A stretch of DNA of 64,000 nucleotides from a virus. Its lineage: Duplodnaviria > Caudoviricetes. Positions 15,901 through 23,110 of this stretch are shown here, piece after piece. The notes under the pieces are model-generated. The model was given only the letters and a program-made list of their open reading frames with translations, was not told the DNA's origin and searched no databases. The DNA is taken from the IMG/VR virus record IMGVR_UViG_3300020048_000002; one strand, given 5' to 3'. How positions within the stretch are numbered: the first letter of the stretch is position 1; each line of letters starts with the position of its first letter. A program made the position numbers and the translations under genes.

Positions 15901-17026
15901 CGGCACCCTTTACCAAACCCATGTCGATCAGGCACGCCATGAAGTCTCGCCGGATTTCCTCGTTAGAGGCAGTCAAGGTGATGTCTTTCGTGAGGGACCC
16001 GTCCCCGATGAGGTACCCCACCACCTTGACCTCTGCGTCCGTAAACAAACGCTGACCCTCGAAAGACATTTGCTTTGGGGTCGCTACCCAATCCCCTTCC
16101 CGAAGAGTGGATAGTTCCTTCCAACCTGCCGGGGTAAAAAACTTGTGGTTGTCCGTCGCCCCAATGGTTCGTCCCGACGACAAGGTCAGGTCGAACACTT
16201 CGCGCACCCCGTTCTGAACGAGATGTGAGGCTGGGGTGCGAATCAGCCGGAAGGTTTCGCCCTCACGGTCGAGAGCGGTGACAACGGGCACGTCACCCGT
16301 CTCATACATCTCTTGCAAGGTGCGACGCCGGTTCGTGCGGTGGTCATACACCGTCACGTCTCCCGCGAGACACTTGAGTTCCCCCGGAAATGCAGCGTGA
16401 ACCCACAACTCGCCCTTCTTGATACCGTGGCTCACCGAATCGATGTTGTTGAGTCCGGTGAACTTTCCCCACACCTTGTCTTTGTTGACCTTGGCGTCGA
16501 GATAAGAGTCCCACATGGCTTGCCCGTCGAGCCGGATGTCTCCCGCCGTCCGAGCATTGAAGTCCGATAGGACGAGATCATGGGCCTTTTGCGTGAAGTA
16601 AATGAGCCCCTCTCGAACTCCCTGCTTCCGAATCTTCTCCCGACCCTCCTGGATGATGAGCCCCTTGTTGATAATCTCATGGGCTTCCTTCAGAAGGGTC
16701 GTTGCCTTGATTCGATTCTGCTCCTCTAGGAGAGTCGTAATCAGGTGAGCGAAGTTGGTACGAACGTACCAAGGGGCTGCTGCAATGTCCTTCAGCCGTT
16801 CGTTGGCCTCTAGGTCGCCCGTCTTGTCGAAGTAGTCGATGACGGTCTGAGCCGAAGGCATTTCCAGTCGTTGCTGGAAGTACGAAGCAAGGAAATCGTA
16901 AACCTTGGCATCGTCCGGGCGGTTCCATTCGATGCGCGCCTGCGTCACCTTCTGGAAATTTTGGACAAGCTGCTCCGGGGTGATCTGCCCGTCGAAGTCA
17001 ATGCAGGATCGGAGTAGGCGCTTCAT
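12971..17026 (-). CDS. dnaB: DnaB-like replicative helicase with two inteins
   Basis: P-loop AAFPGELK|TSFALN, SLEM, IVIDH, FQINR, E|CEKSAD, KNRD. Confidence 0.9.
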   Translation of the reverse strand: MKRLLRSCIDFDGQITPEQLVQNFQKVTQARIEWNRPDDAKVYDFLASYFQQRLEMPSAQTVIDYFDKTGDLEANERLKDIAAAPWYVRTNFAHLITTLLEEQNRIKATTLLKEAHEIINKGLIIQEGREKIRKQGVREGLIYFTQKAHDLVLSDFNARTAGDIRLDGQAMWDSYLDAKVNKDKVWGKFTGLNNIDSVSHGIKKGELWVHAAFPGELKCLAGDVTVYDHRTNRRRTLQEMYETGDVPVVTALDREGETFRLIRTPASHLVQNGVREVFDLTLSSGRTIGATDNHKFFTPAGWKELSTLREGDWVATPKQMSFEGQRLFTDAEVKVVGYLIGDGSLTKDITLTASNEEIRRDFMACLIDMGLVKGAADYVTPTFREVFQPNRAPSVRVSNSAGDGNSPMESPVRGLLDLLGLYGKGSYDKRVPDDFFSLPEDQVALLIGALWSTDGSCHHGDHERDDRESDCHRNDISYASVSRGLCLDVQALLLRLGIQSTVTQVNTTYRGEPYTFHTVRVVTRESKRVFAHRVVVVGKEADFAEVRARLLPGDDMSIPSDFVPDGAKVPFVHGKFRYASQVKGRSTMRADTATLFRQYPDVARVLDGDLTWEQVTSVVSRGREMTYDLSVPEHHTFVANDIVTHNTSFALNWCYNLATRYKSNILYYSLEMPYEQLRLQVYVIHSSHAKWRAQGYRPLDYRRVRDGELTPEEEAFYQKVIDDFCNNPEYCQFEIRSPDRDMTIDDIRLDAELTHKQMEVGLIVIDHGQLMEARKAKKSKDYVVELNSIIRDTKKFCLHFNHGEKIPVLMLFQINRQGKEEANKNDGRYKASALSYANECVAEGTLVLTDEGLVPIESVPMGALVWSRSGWKTVLNRFDNGVRPTLRVQTDKGLTLQVTSNHRLRVGGLDGWGWGYAENLKVGDYVGTTFGDYPFAKDPPNLPALDFQAYEKPQGMKQQPLVVPNHLTSDLAYLIGAFMGDGVFKEGLSTVGFTGNRKEVAVRTRLMEAFRSTFGQDMTLLESPSRSGSFDLLKSNKALTRWFKRVVVGEGRATAVPDVIRRATKSQVQAFLQGLFDTDGSINNQGSVALGMAAKSERLLQEVHLMLLGLGIDSTLSEGSTRLNGKSYKRFVLRIGSRLGVRTFMETVGFTEPHKTERLRNVVGSTKDNRATWPIGTLLADVVERCSGMSRAAKKAARRIRMGAVYASLGVIREVIDRLPETDPDRATLQERLDCVLPLKVTGVVQEAPIRVYDLEVTGDHEYSTNGFLSHNCEKSADVITTTYLNDEHRKNGTTLFCNLKNRDNPLIEPFMAKVEFACRRIYNLDSYQGADGSGMSIDDHQAVLDAMADV
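13211..14509 (-). mobile_element. intein 2 in DnaB with LAGLIDADG endonuclease (433 aa)
   Basis: E|CVAEGT ... GFLSHN|C; endonuclease motifs IGAFMGDG and LQGLFDTDG. Confidence 0.92.
15089..16372 (-). mobile_element. intein 1 in the DnaB P-loop with LAGLIDADG endonuclease (428 aa)
   Basis: K|CLAGD ... DIVTHN|T; endonuclease motifs VGYLIGDG and IGALWSTDG. Confidence 0.92.
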
Positions 17027-17889
17027 ACTGGACCTCCCCCTTTGTCGCCCTTCTTACCCTTTTTCCCCTTACGGTTACCACTTTCGCCAAGAATGGCTGC
17101 GTAGTCTGCCATGTCCACAACGGGGGCGTAGAACCGCTCTTTCGGCTGCGCCTTTGGCATTGGGGATGGACCTAGACCAACGTCCTCTACGGGTTCAGTG
17201 GACTCGCCCTCGAACCCGTGAGGGGCATCCTGAACGTCTCTTTCTCGCACGAGGTTGACGACATCGAAGAGGCGTTCGATGTAGTTCGCCACGTCCTCGT
17301 TGTAGGAGAAGTGCCCTGGACCAAACACACTCGATGGCACTTCCACCACCCAAGTAGGTTTGAGGGCCGATTCCCGAAGCATCAGGGCCTCTTTGAGGAT
17401 GCCGGGCATGGCGACGTTCTTGTAGCCGAGAAAGCCAAGTCGCAGCACGACAAGATCGAGATCCGGACCCACGAGATCCCCAATGCTGTTGTAGGTCACG
17501 ATCTCGTTCCGCACTTCTTTGGACCGTTGCCCGTAGCTCTCACCGCCGAGGTACACGGTCTTGAGCTTCTCGTCGGTCACAACCCGGTAGCGAAACATCG
17601 GACCCTTGCAGGCAAGGGTCCACTTGAGATGAGGGAGAAGGTCGGACCAGTACGACTTGATGAACAGGTTGTCCTTGGTCCGATCCACGGACGGAGGCGC
17701 ACCCTTCTCCCCTACCGCGTACAGCGGGCTTCGAGTCACCGTTGGGGCAGCGGCGATTTCTGGCCCCAGGTACGCCTTGAGCGTCTTAGCGTAAGAGCAG
17801 ATGCACTGCTGCACCCGCGAGTCGTCTCCGTTGACGTGGAGAAAACCCGTGTAGTTGCACTTGGGGCAACCGGTCTGCGGGACTGTCAT
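17023..17889 (-). CDS. DnaC/IstB-like helicase-loader homologue with degenerate ATPase motifs
   Basis: N-terminal CPKC..TG...C.C zinc ribbon, 'DLVVLRLG', 'R....KPT'. Directly upstream of dnaB with an ATGA overlap. Confidence 0.55.
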   Translation of the reverse strand: MTVPQTGCPKCNYTGFLHVNGDDSRVQQCICSYAKTLKAYLGPEIAAAPTVTRSPLYAVGEKGAPPSVDRTKDNLFIKSYWSDLLPHLKWTLACKGPMFRYRVVTDEKLKTVYLGGESYGQRSKEVRNEIVTYNSIGDLVGPDLDLVVLRLGFLGYKNVAMPGILKEALMLRESALKPTWVVEVPSSVFGPGHFSYNEDVANYIERLFDVVNLVRERDVQDAPHGFEGESTEPVEDVGLGPSPMPKAQPKERFYAPVVDMADYAAILGESGNRKGKKGKKGDKGGGPV

Positions 17890-17908
17890 GTTGAGCCTTT
17901 TACACCGA

Positions 17909-19657
17909 TCATTCGTCGTCGTCGCCCTTGCCTTGCATACGACGAACAAGATCCTTCGTGGACGACTCCTTGCCGAAGTCGAGAGCGCCGACAGCGGACT
18001 CCCCGAGCACCCGATCGATCAGGTTCTTCTTTGACTGAAGAAGGGCCAGGACGTGGTGGTCGATGGTCTTGCGGTCCTTCTTCTTCTCACGGGGCCGCTC
18101 AGCGACAAGGTGGTAGCAGACGATGTGCTGATGAGGGCTCCCGATACGGATCGGACGACCAAGGAGCTGGACGTAGTTGCCCCACGACCACGGGGCGTCG
18201 TAAAACACCATCGCAGAGGCGGCTTGAAGGTTGATGGCTTCCGAGCCCGCATCCGTGATGAAGATGACCTTCGTGTCGGATTCGAGGTTCTGGAACGCCT
18301 CTTGGTTGCGACGACGGGCCTTGTCGTCTTCCTTACCGGTGATGCGGACGCTCTTGATCTTGGCCTCGGCCAGGATGTGCTGAAGACGTGGGACGATACT
18401 GGCGAACCTCGTGTAGACAATGACCTTTTCATCCTCTAGCTCATCGACGATGAGGTCGAGAAGCGCCTGTTCCTTTGAGCCGAGCTTGTCGATCTTGAGG
18501 TACTCGTCGCGGAACATGCCCGTTTCGATCTCGGTCCCTTCCTCGAACTTCAAGGTAGCGAGCGAGTTCACGACCTGCTGGCAATAGATGAGGCTGACGA
18601 ACGCCTTGTGCTCCTCGTAGTCCTTGACCGTACCGTCCCCTAGCTCGAACACGCCGGTTAGGGCCTCGGAGTACTTGGCGTCCTCGGCAGGGGTGATCTC
18701 GCAAGCGATTTCTTTCGTGATGAGGGTCGGAAGCTCCTCACTGATCGTGTGCTTTTGCCGCCCAAGAAAGAAAGGGTCGATACGGTCCCGGAAGTGCTGA
18801 AGATTCCGGTAGCCTACGACCAACGGGACCGAACGCCCACCGCCAACCGGCATGAGACGGGTCACGCAGTAGTCGTTCATGAACGCCGTCTTTGTCGAGA
18901 AAAGATCCGGTACGAGCGCCTTGTAGATCGAGAACCCCTCCATCAGGTTGTTCTTGAGCAAGGTCGCCGTGAGCCCGTAGACCCTATGAGATCTCTGCGA
19001 GAGCTGAGAGACCACCTGCCATGTCTTGGTCGAATGGTTCTTGAACGCCGTAGCTTCGTCGAACACAACGACGATGCTCTCCAGGTCGTTGGTGAGCCCG
19101 TTGACGAGCCCCCGCATCATCACACCCTTGTCCTTCGGGTGACTCTTCTTCAGCCCGCCACCGTGATCCCAGTCTCGTACTAGGATGTGGTAGTTGACGA
19201 GCAAAACGGGCTTCGTGTCCCCGTCCACCGGGTGCTTGGCCCAGGCTTCGTAGGTCTTGCGCCGTTCGTCCAGACTACCCGAGACGATGTACGTTTTGAC
19301 CCCCGTGGTGAACCGCTGAATCTCGCCGTCCCACTGACGCAGGGCGGACTTCGGGGTCACGACGATGACCTTGTTGGCCGGTTCCTTCGGCCAAAGGTAA
19401 CAGAGGGTACCTATCGTCTGAAGCGTTTTACCCGTGCCCGTGGCGTCCCCGAGCACGAGGCGCTTCATCATGAGCAGGTGGTAGATGCCCTGACACTGGT
19501 AGTACCGGAGCCGGAGAGGCTGAGGTTTCCCATCCAGCCCCTTGATCTCCGCCCGAAGCATCGGGGTCGGCTTGAGGGCTATCGTTTTGGACGCTCGAAC
19601 CTGCCTGAGCTTTTCGTAGGCAGTCGCAATCTCGGGAGGCAGTGGTTTATCAGCCAT
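17909..19657 (-). CDS. SNF2-family (SF2) helicase/ATPase
   Basis: LGDATGTGKT, VFDEAT, LTATLLKNNL.E, EAINLQ.A, PW, GRPIRIG. Start ATG 19657 (GAGGGGG RBS). Confidence 0.92.
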   Translation of the reverse strand: MADKPLPPEIATAYEKLRQVRASKTIALKPTPMLRAEIKGLDGKPQPLRLRYYQCQGIYHLLMMKRLVLGDATGTGKTLQTIGTLCYLWPKEPANKVIVVTPKSALRQWDGEIQRFTTGVKTYIVSGSLDERRKTYEAWAKHPVDGDTKPVLLVNYHILVRDWDHGGGLKKSHPKDKGVMMRGLVNGLTNDLESIVVVFDEATAFKNHSTKTWQVVSQLSQRSHRVYGLTATLLKNNLMEGFSIYKALVPDLFSTKTAFMNDYCVTRLMPVGGGRSVPLVVGYRNLQHFRDRIDPFFLGRQKHTISEELPTLITKEIACEITPAEDAKYSEALTGVFELGDGTVKDYEEHKAFVSLIYCQQVVNSLATLKFEEGTEIETGMFRDEYLKIDKLGSKEQALLDLIVDELEDEKVIVYTRFASIVPRLQHILAEAKIKSVRITGKEDDKARRRNQEAFQNLESDTKVIFITDAGSEAINLQAASAMVFYDAPWSWGNYVQLLGRPIRIGSPHQHIVCYHLVAERPREKKKDRKTIDHHVLALLQSKKNLIDRVLGESAVGALDFGKESSTKDLVRRMQGKGDDDE

Positions 19658-19706
19658 GCCCCCTCTTACACCGGAGGACGGACCCAACCCGGTGTTTTTT
19701 GCAGCC

Positions 19707-19745
19707 AAAAACGCGAAAGGCCCGCATCCTTTCGGAGCGAGCCCT
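19707..19745 (-). terminator. intrinsic terminator closing the non-coding unit
   Basis: Minus strand reads AGGGCUCGC-UCC-GAAA-GGA-U-GCGGGCCUU, then UCGCGUUUUU. Confidence 0.7.
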
Positions 19746-20256
19746 GCACGGGTTCTGGAGCACGTTTGCCTATGTTGGGCGTCTGTCGGCTCCTTGCGGT
19801 AGCCTTCCACCGATCCCATTCGGGGACCAGCCTTTCGACTGGTCACGACCTCCGAGGGGCCTCAGTATGCGGTTGCCCGCGATACCGTTCCACCTCTGCC
19901 CTCCTTGACCTCACCCGCCTGTTGCTTGCGGGGTGTTGGGGGCTGTCTCTCAGCACCTAGCTTGAGTCGGCTCTTTCGAGCGTTCTCACCGCACCCGTCC
20001 GGCCCGCTTGGATGGTGTTACCCACCGCGCTGCCTTCCCGGTCTGCCTGCCCGAACGGTGTCCGTTTCCTTCCACCGTCCTTGCCGCTTGACCGGCGGAC
20101 CCTTTCAGGTCCGTGGTCCCCTTCGAGCTTCTCGGCGATCCTTTCGGGGTCCGATTCACCGGCAGCCTTGCGCCTACCGTGTGTTGCTCTCTTAGGGGAA
20201 GACCGACAAACCCTTGGCCTTGCGGCACTCAGGTTCGGCGGTCAGCGCCGAAGACG
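19707..20256 (-). ncRNA. candidate large structured non-coding RNA (about 550 nt), family unknown
   Basis: No credible CDS; about nine GNRA-capped hairpins on the minus strand; flanked by a promoter and a terminator. Confidence 0.75.
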
Positions 20257-20262
20257 AGGCCC

Positions 20263-20290
20263 ACTATACGCAGGCTGAGACGAAGTGCAA
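20263..20290 (-). promoter_or_regulatory. sigma70-like promoter TTGCAC-16 bp-TATAGT
   Basis: -35 at 20290-20285 and -10 at 20268-20263, with an A/T-rich tract upstream. It points into the non-coding region. Confidence 0.65.
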
Positions 20291-20321
20291 CAACTATTTT
20301 CGACACCGATGTCGATTTTTC

Positions 20322-20885
20322 TCAATCGGCGGAAAACATGCTGTTTTGGAGCGATAAAAACCGCTGGACGACTCGTTCCGATGCAAGTCGGCAGTCGAGG
20401 TTGCGGGGTGGGGGCGTGTCCTGACGCCCCTTCCAGAACGTCGTGATGACGTGGGCCGTACGCCCACGTAGCTCGAACACGACTTTCAAGCTGTTCTTCC
20501 CCACCCACTCGATCTTCCGACCTTGAGAAACGTCACGGTACATCCGATCGTAGTTCGGATCTCGCTTCGCCTTCCACTCGTCCAGTTGACGCACGAAATC
20601 GGAGAGGGCCTGTCGAACATCCTCTACCGTGATGCTGCGCAAATCCATGCGGTATTGCCCGTGGGCCGTGATCAAGATCTCTTGGATCGGCCCGGTGCCC
20701 CGCTCCTTGTCCAGACGATAGATCTTGGAGGCATCGGAGTTGGATAGGTCCACCCCAGACTCCACCTCATCGATCATGTCCTCCTTGAGCTGAGGCTCCC
20801 GGACGGCACGATCGATTCGTTGGACTACCTGGCATGGGCCACCGGGCTTGCCGAGGGGCGGCGTGAGATCGGCTTCGTGTTTCAC
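20322..20885 (-). CDS. protein with a C-terminal DUF4258-like (RelE/BrnT-type) putative RNase domain
   Basis: 'ITAHGQYRMDLRSITVEDV ... LKVVF....VITTF' fits the T.HA..RM..R.I...V.....IT pattern. Confidence 0.55.
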   Translation of the reverse strand: MKHEADLTPPLGKPGGPCQVVQRIDRAVREPQLKEDMIDEVESGVDLSNSDASKIYRLDKERGTGPIQEILITAHGQYRMDLRSITVEDVRQALSDFVRQLDEWKAKRDPNYDRMYRDVSQGRKIEWVGKNSLKVVFELRGRTAHVITTFWKGRQDTPPPRNLDCRLASERVVQRFLSLQNSMFSAD

Positions 20886-20892
20886 GGGGGCC

Positions 20893-21996
20893 TCACTTCA
20901 TCTGCGAGATAGCAGCTTCGAGCGTCGCTTTGGTGGACGGGGAGAGGTTGAACTTGTCGACGAATAGTTGCAGGAGCTTCTTGCCGTCCCGCATCCGAGT
21001 GACGTTCTTCTTCTCGCCTCCGTAGGTGTAATCCCCAAAGATCTTCCGTAGAAGCCCCGCCTGCATGAAGCGCGTGATGTCGTTCTCGTCAAGGTACTCA
21101 GCCTTGCCGTTACAAACGATGGCCACCGACTGCCAATCCGACGTGGAGTATCGTTCCTTCACCTGGTAGTGATGAGGCTTCTGGTCGTAAGACTTGCCGT
21201 AGGCAACCTCGATGACGTGCTTGCGCCCCATGACCTTGGGGTCGTCCCCGGCCACAGCTCCAGACTCAGCGAGCCAGTGCTTGATCGAGAGGGCCGATCC
21301 ACGCGGAGCCTTTTCGCTAAAGTGCCAACCACGGGCGTCCACAACCTTCGAGTTGAACTTGCCCTCGAAGCGAATGAGCTTCATGGCTTTGACGACATTC
21401 CCGTAAAGCCATGCCGGTTCGGTGCCTTCGCTACCCGAGATCGGAATCTCAAGCACCTTCATGGCCCACTTGTCCTGGTCGGCACCCGCACCGATGAAGT
21501 ACTGCTTGTAGATGAAGTGCTGTGCGGCCACGAAGACATGCTTTGAGTCCGTCTTGCCGTAAGCCACCCAGCAAGTATCCGAGCGGTAGAACTCGTCCGA
21601 CGAGTACCCGGTGCCCCGCTGCGTGTCGGTCACGAACTGCCAATCGACGCCGCCAGGGACACCAGCCTTGCTCTTGGCCTCGTCGAAAGAGACTTCCTCC
21701 GTCTTGGCTTTTTCCCAGTGCGTCTTTGTTGGACCACCGGAGCTAGGAGCGTCGTAGGAGCTAGGTCCCGAACGATCGTAGGTCGGACGCTGCTTGCCCG
21801 TGAGAACGTCCTTGGCGACGTTCACCTCGACCATCTTAGCGGGGTCGCCACCCCGGTCAGGGTGCATCTCGAACGCCTTGGTTCGCCATGCCTTCGTAAT
21901 CTCGGCCTCGGAAGGATTGTCTTGGGGGCCGAAACCAAGGAGGGCCTTGGCTTCTTCCATCGACATCGCGAGCATCAAAAAGGCGTAACGGTTCAT
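20893..21996 (-). CDS. J-domain (DnaJ-like) protein
   Basis: 'ITKAWRTKAFEMHPDRGGD...VNVAKDVL' J-domain with HPD. Start moved to ATG 21996. Confidence 0.85.
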   Translation of the reverse strand: MNRYAFLMLAMSMEEAKALLGFGPQDNPSEAEITKAWRTKAFEMHPDRGGDPAKMVEVNVAKDVLTGKQRPTYDRSGPSSYDAPSSGGPTKTHWEKAKTEEVSFDEAKSKAGVPGGVDWQFVTDTQRGTGYSSDEFYRSDTCWVAYGKTDSKHVFVAAQHFIYKQYFIGAGADQDKWAMKVLEIPISGSEGTEPAWLYGNVVKAMKLIRFEGKFNSKVVDARGWHFSEKAPRGSALSIKHWLAESGAVAGDDPKVMGRKHVIEVAYGKSYDQKPHHYQVKERYSTSDWQSVAIVCNGKAEYLDENDITRFMQAGLLRKIFGDYTYGGEKKNVTRMRDGKKLLQLFVDKFNLSPSTKATLEAAISQMK

Positions 21997-22001
21997 TGTC
22001 T

Positions 22002-22610
22002 TCACCAAAGGTCGAAAGAAATGGTCATGTGCGGGTTGTGCTGCCACGTACCCCAAGTTACAGCGTATCCAGCGTACAGCCCTACCGTATCTGTGAGATC
22101 GAACCCCAAGCCAGCACCGACGGATCGAAACCCGACGTAGGCATTGAGGTTGGACCATTCAAGGAAAAATGGCTCGGCAAGGAGCCCAAAGTCCAGGCCC
22201 GCGTAACCGTCCTTCTCGACAAGGGCTGTCACGGGCAGGTAGCCCGGTGCAGCCTTGAGCCGGAATCGGAACCCCCACGTTTCTGGCTCGGCTCGCGCCA
22301 CAACGACGTTGAGCTTGGACTTAGCCTCAACCTCGTAGCCACACCACTTGAACCGTACCGTATACGGGATGGGGTCGCTCCCAGAAAGGAACACGCGCCC
22401 GTCCTTGTCCTGCACGACGGAGATCTTATCCAGATCAAGCTCCGGGGGCTTCGACTGCAAACAGTCCTTCTCCTGAAGGAGCTTCACGAATACGGCCATG
22501 TCGTCGGGCGGTACGCACGTCGACCCGTCTTGACACTCCGCCCCCAAACTCGACGATGCACACAGCAACACGAAAAGACATGCCGCCAAGGGTAAGAACT
22601 TGCGCATCAT
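22002..22610 (-). CDS. secreted or outer-membrane protein, possible outer spanin analogue
   Basis: Signal peptide; C-terminal amphipathic beta-strands ending in FDLW; overlaps the upstream membrane-protein gene. Confidence 0.5.
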   Translation of the reverse strand: MMRKFLPLAACLFVLLCASSSLGAECQDGSTCVPPDDMAVFVKLLQEKDCLQSKPPELDLDKISVVQDKDGRVFLSGSDPIPYTVRFKWCGYEVEAKSKLNVVVARAEPETWGFRFRLKAAPGYLPVTALVEKDGYAGLDFGLLAEPFFLEWSNLNAYVGFRSVGAGLGFDLTDTVGLYAGYAVTWGTWQHNPHMTISFDLW

Positions 22611-23110
22611 CGTTTCCCGTACTTGTCGAGAAGGCTTTTGACGGTTGACGGTTTGACGTCGGACTTGTCCGTCACCTGGACCTGAGTGACGGTGGGCTGG
22701 ATCACCACGACTTGATCAACGTCATCGGCCTCAACCCCCGTTGGCAACTTCACTTCGGTAGGCTGCTTGTCCCCCGGAACCGCCACCGTGACTTGAGTCT
22801 TGTCGTCAAAGATCCCCGGAGGGGTCAAAGGTACAACGGGTACTTGAACTTGTCCCGTAGAGTCGGGTGTACCCAAAGGGATCGGTTGACCGTCACCGTC
22901 AACACGTCCAGGGGGTGGTGTGTTGGCTGGTCGCAAGGGCTCTTTCTTCCGCCCAAGGATGCGATCGACCAACCCCCCAACGTTTAGCTCTTTCCAGCCT
23001 ACGGCGATAAGGATGAAGCCTCCAACAAAAACGAGGAGAGCGACCCCAGGAGCCATCAGCTTCTCCCAGAGCCACTTTCCAATCGCTTTGAGACGGTCAG
23101 AGAGACTCAT
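22607..23110 (-). CDS. single-TM membrane protein, possible inner spanin
   Basis: One N-terminal hydrophobic helix then a Pro-rich soluble region; lies between the holin-like and secreted-protein genes. Confidence 0.5.
   Translation of the reverse strand: MSLSDRLKAIGKWLWEKLMAPGVALLVFVGGFILIAVGWKELNVGGLVDRILGRKKEPLRPANTPPPGRVDGDGQPIPLGTPDSTGQVQVPVVPLTPPGIFDDKTQVTVAVPGDKQPTEVKLPTGVEADDVDQVVVIQPTVTQVQVTDKSDVKPSTVKSLLDKYGKR

Noticed and set aside
19707-20256. RNase P RNA, tmRNA, group I/II intron or tRNA identity for the structured region
   Set aside because: No GAGGAAAGUCC, no tRNA-like ends or CCA, no domain V, and it does not interrupt a gene. A diverged known family cannot be excluded without Infernal.
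20340-20400. C-terminal 'RLASERVVQRFL' as a capsid-targeting or cleavage motif
   Set aside because: Only one clear instance in this window, so it cannot be supported here.
19642-20424. Short ORFs (80-103 aa) across the non-coding gap, and the 5' extension of SNF2 to 19846
   Set aside because: Low-complexity Pro/Arg/Ser translations without a convincing RBS. The hairpins explain the region better, and SNF2 has a good start at 19657.
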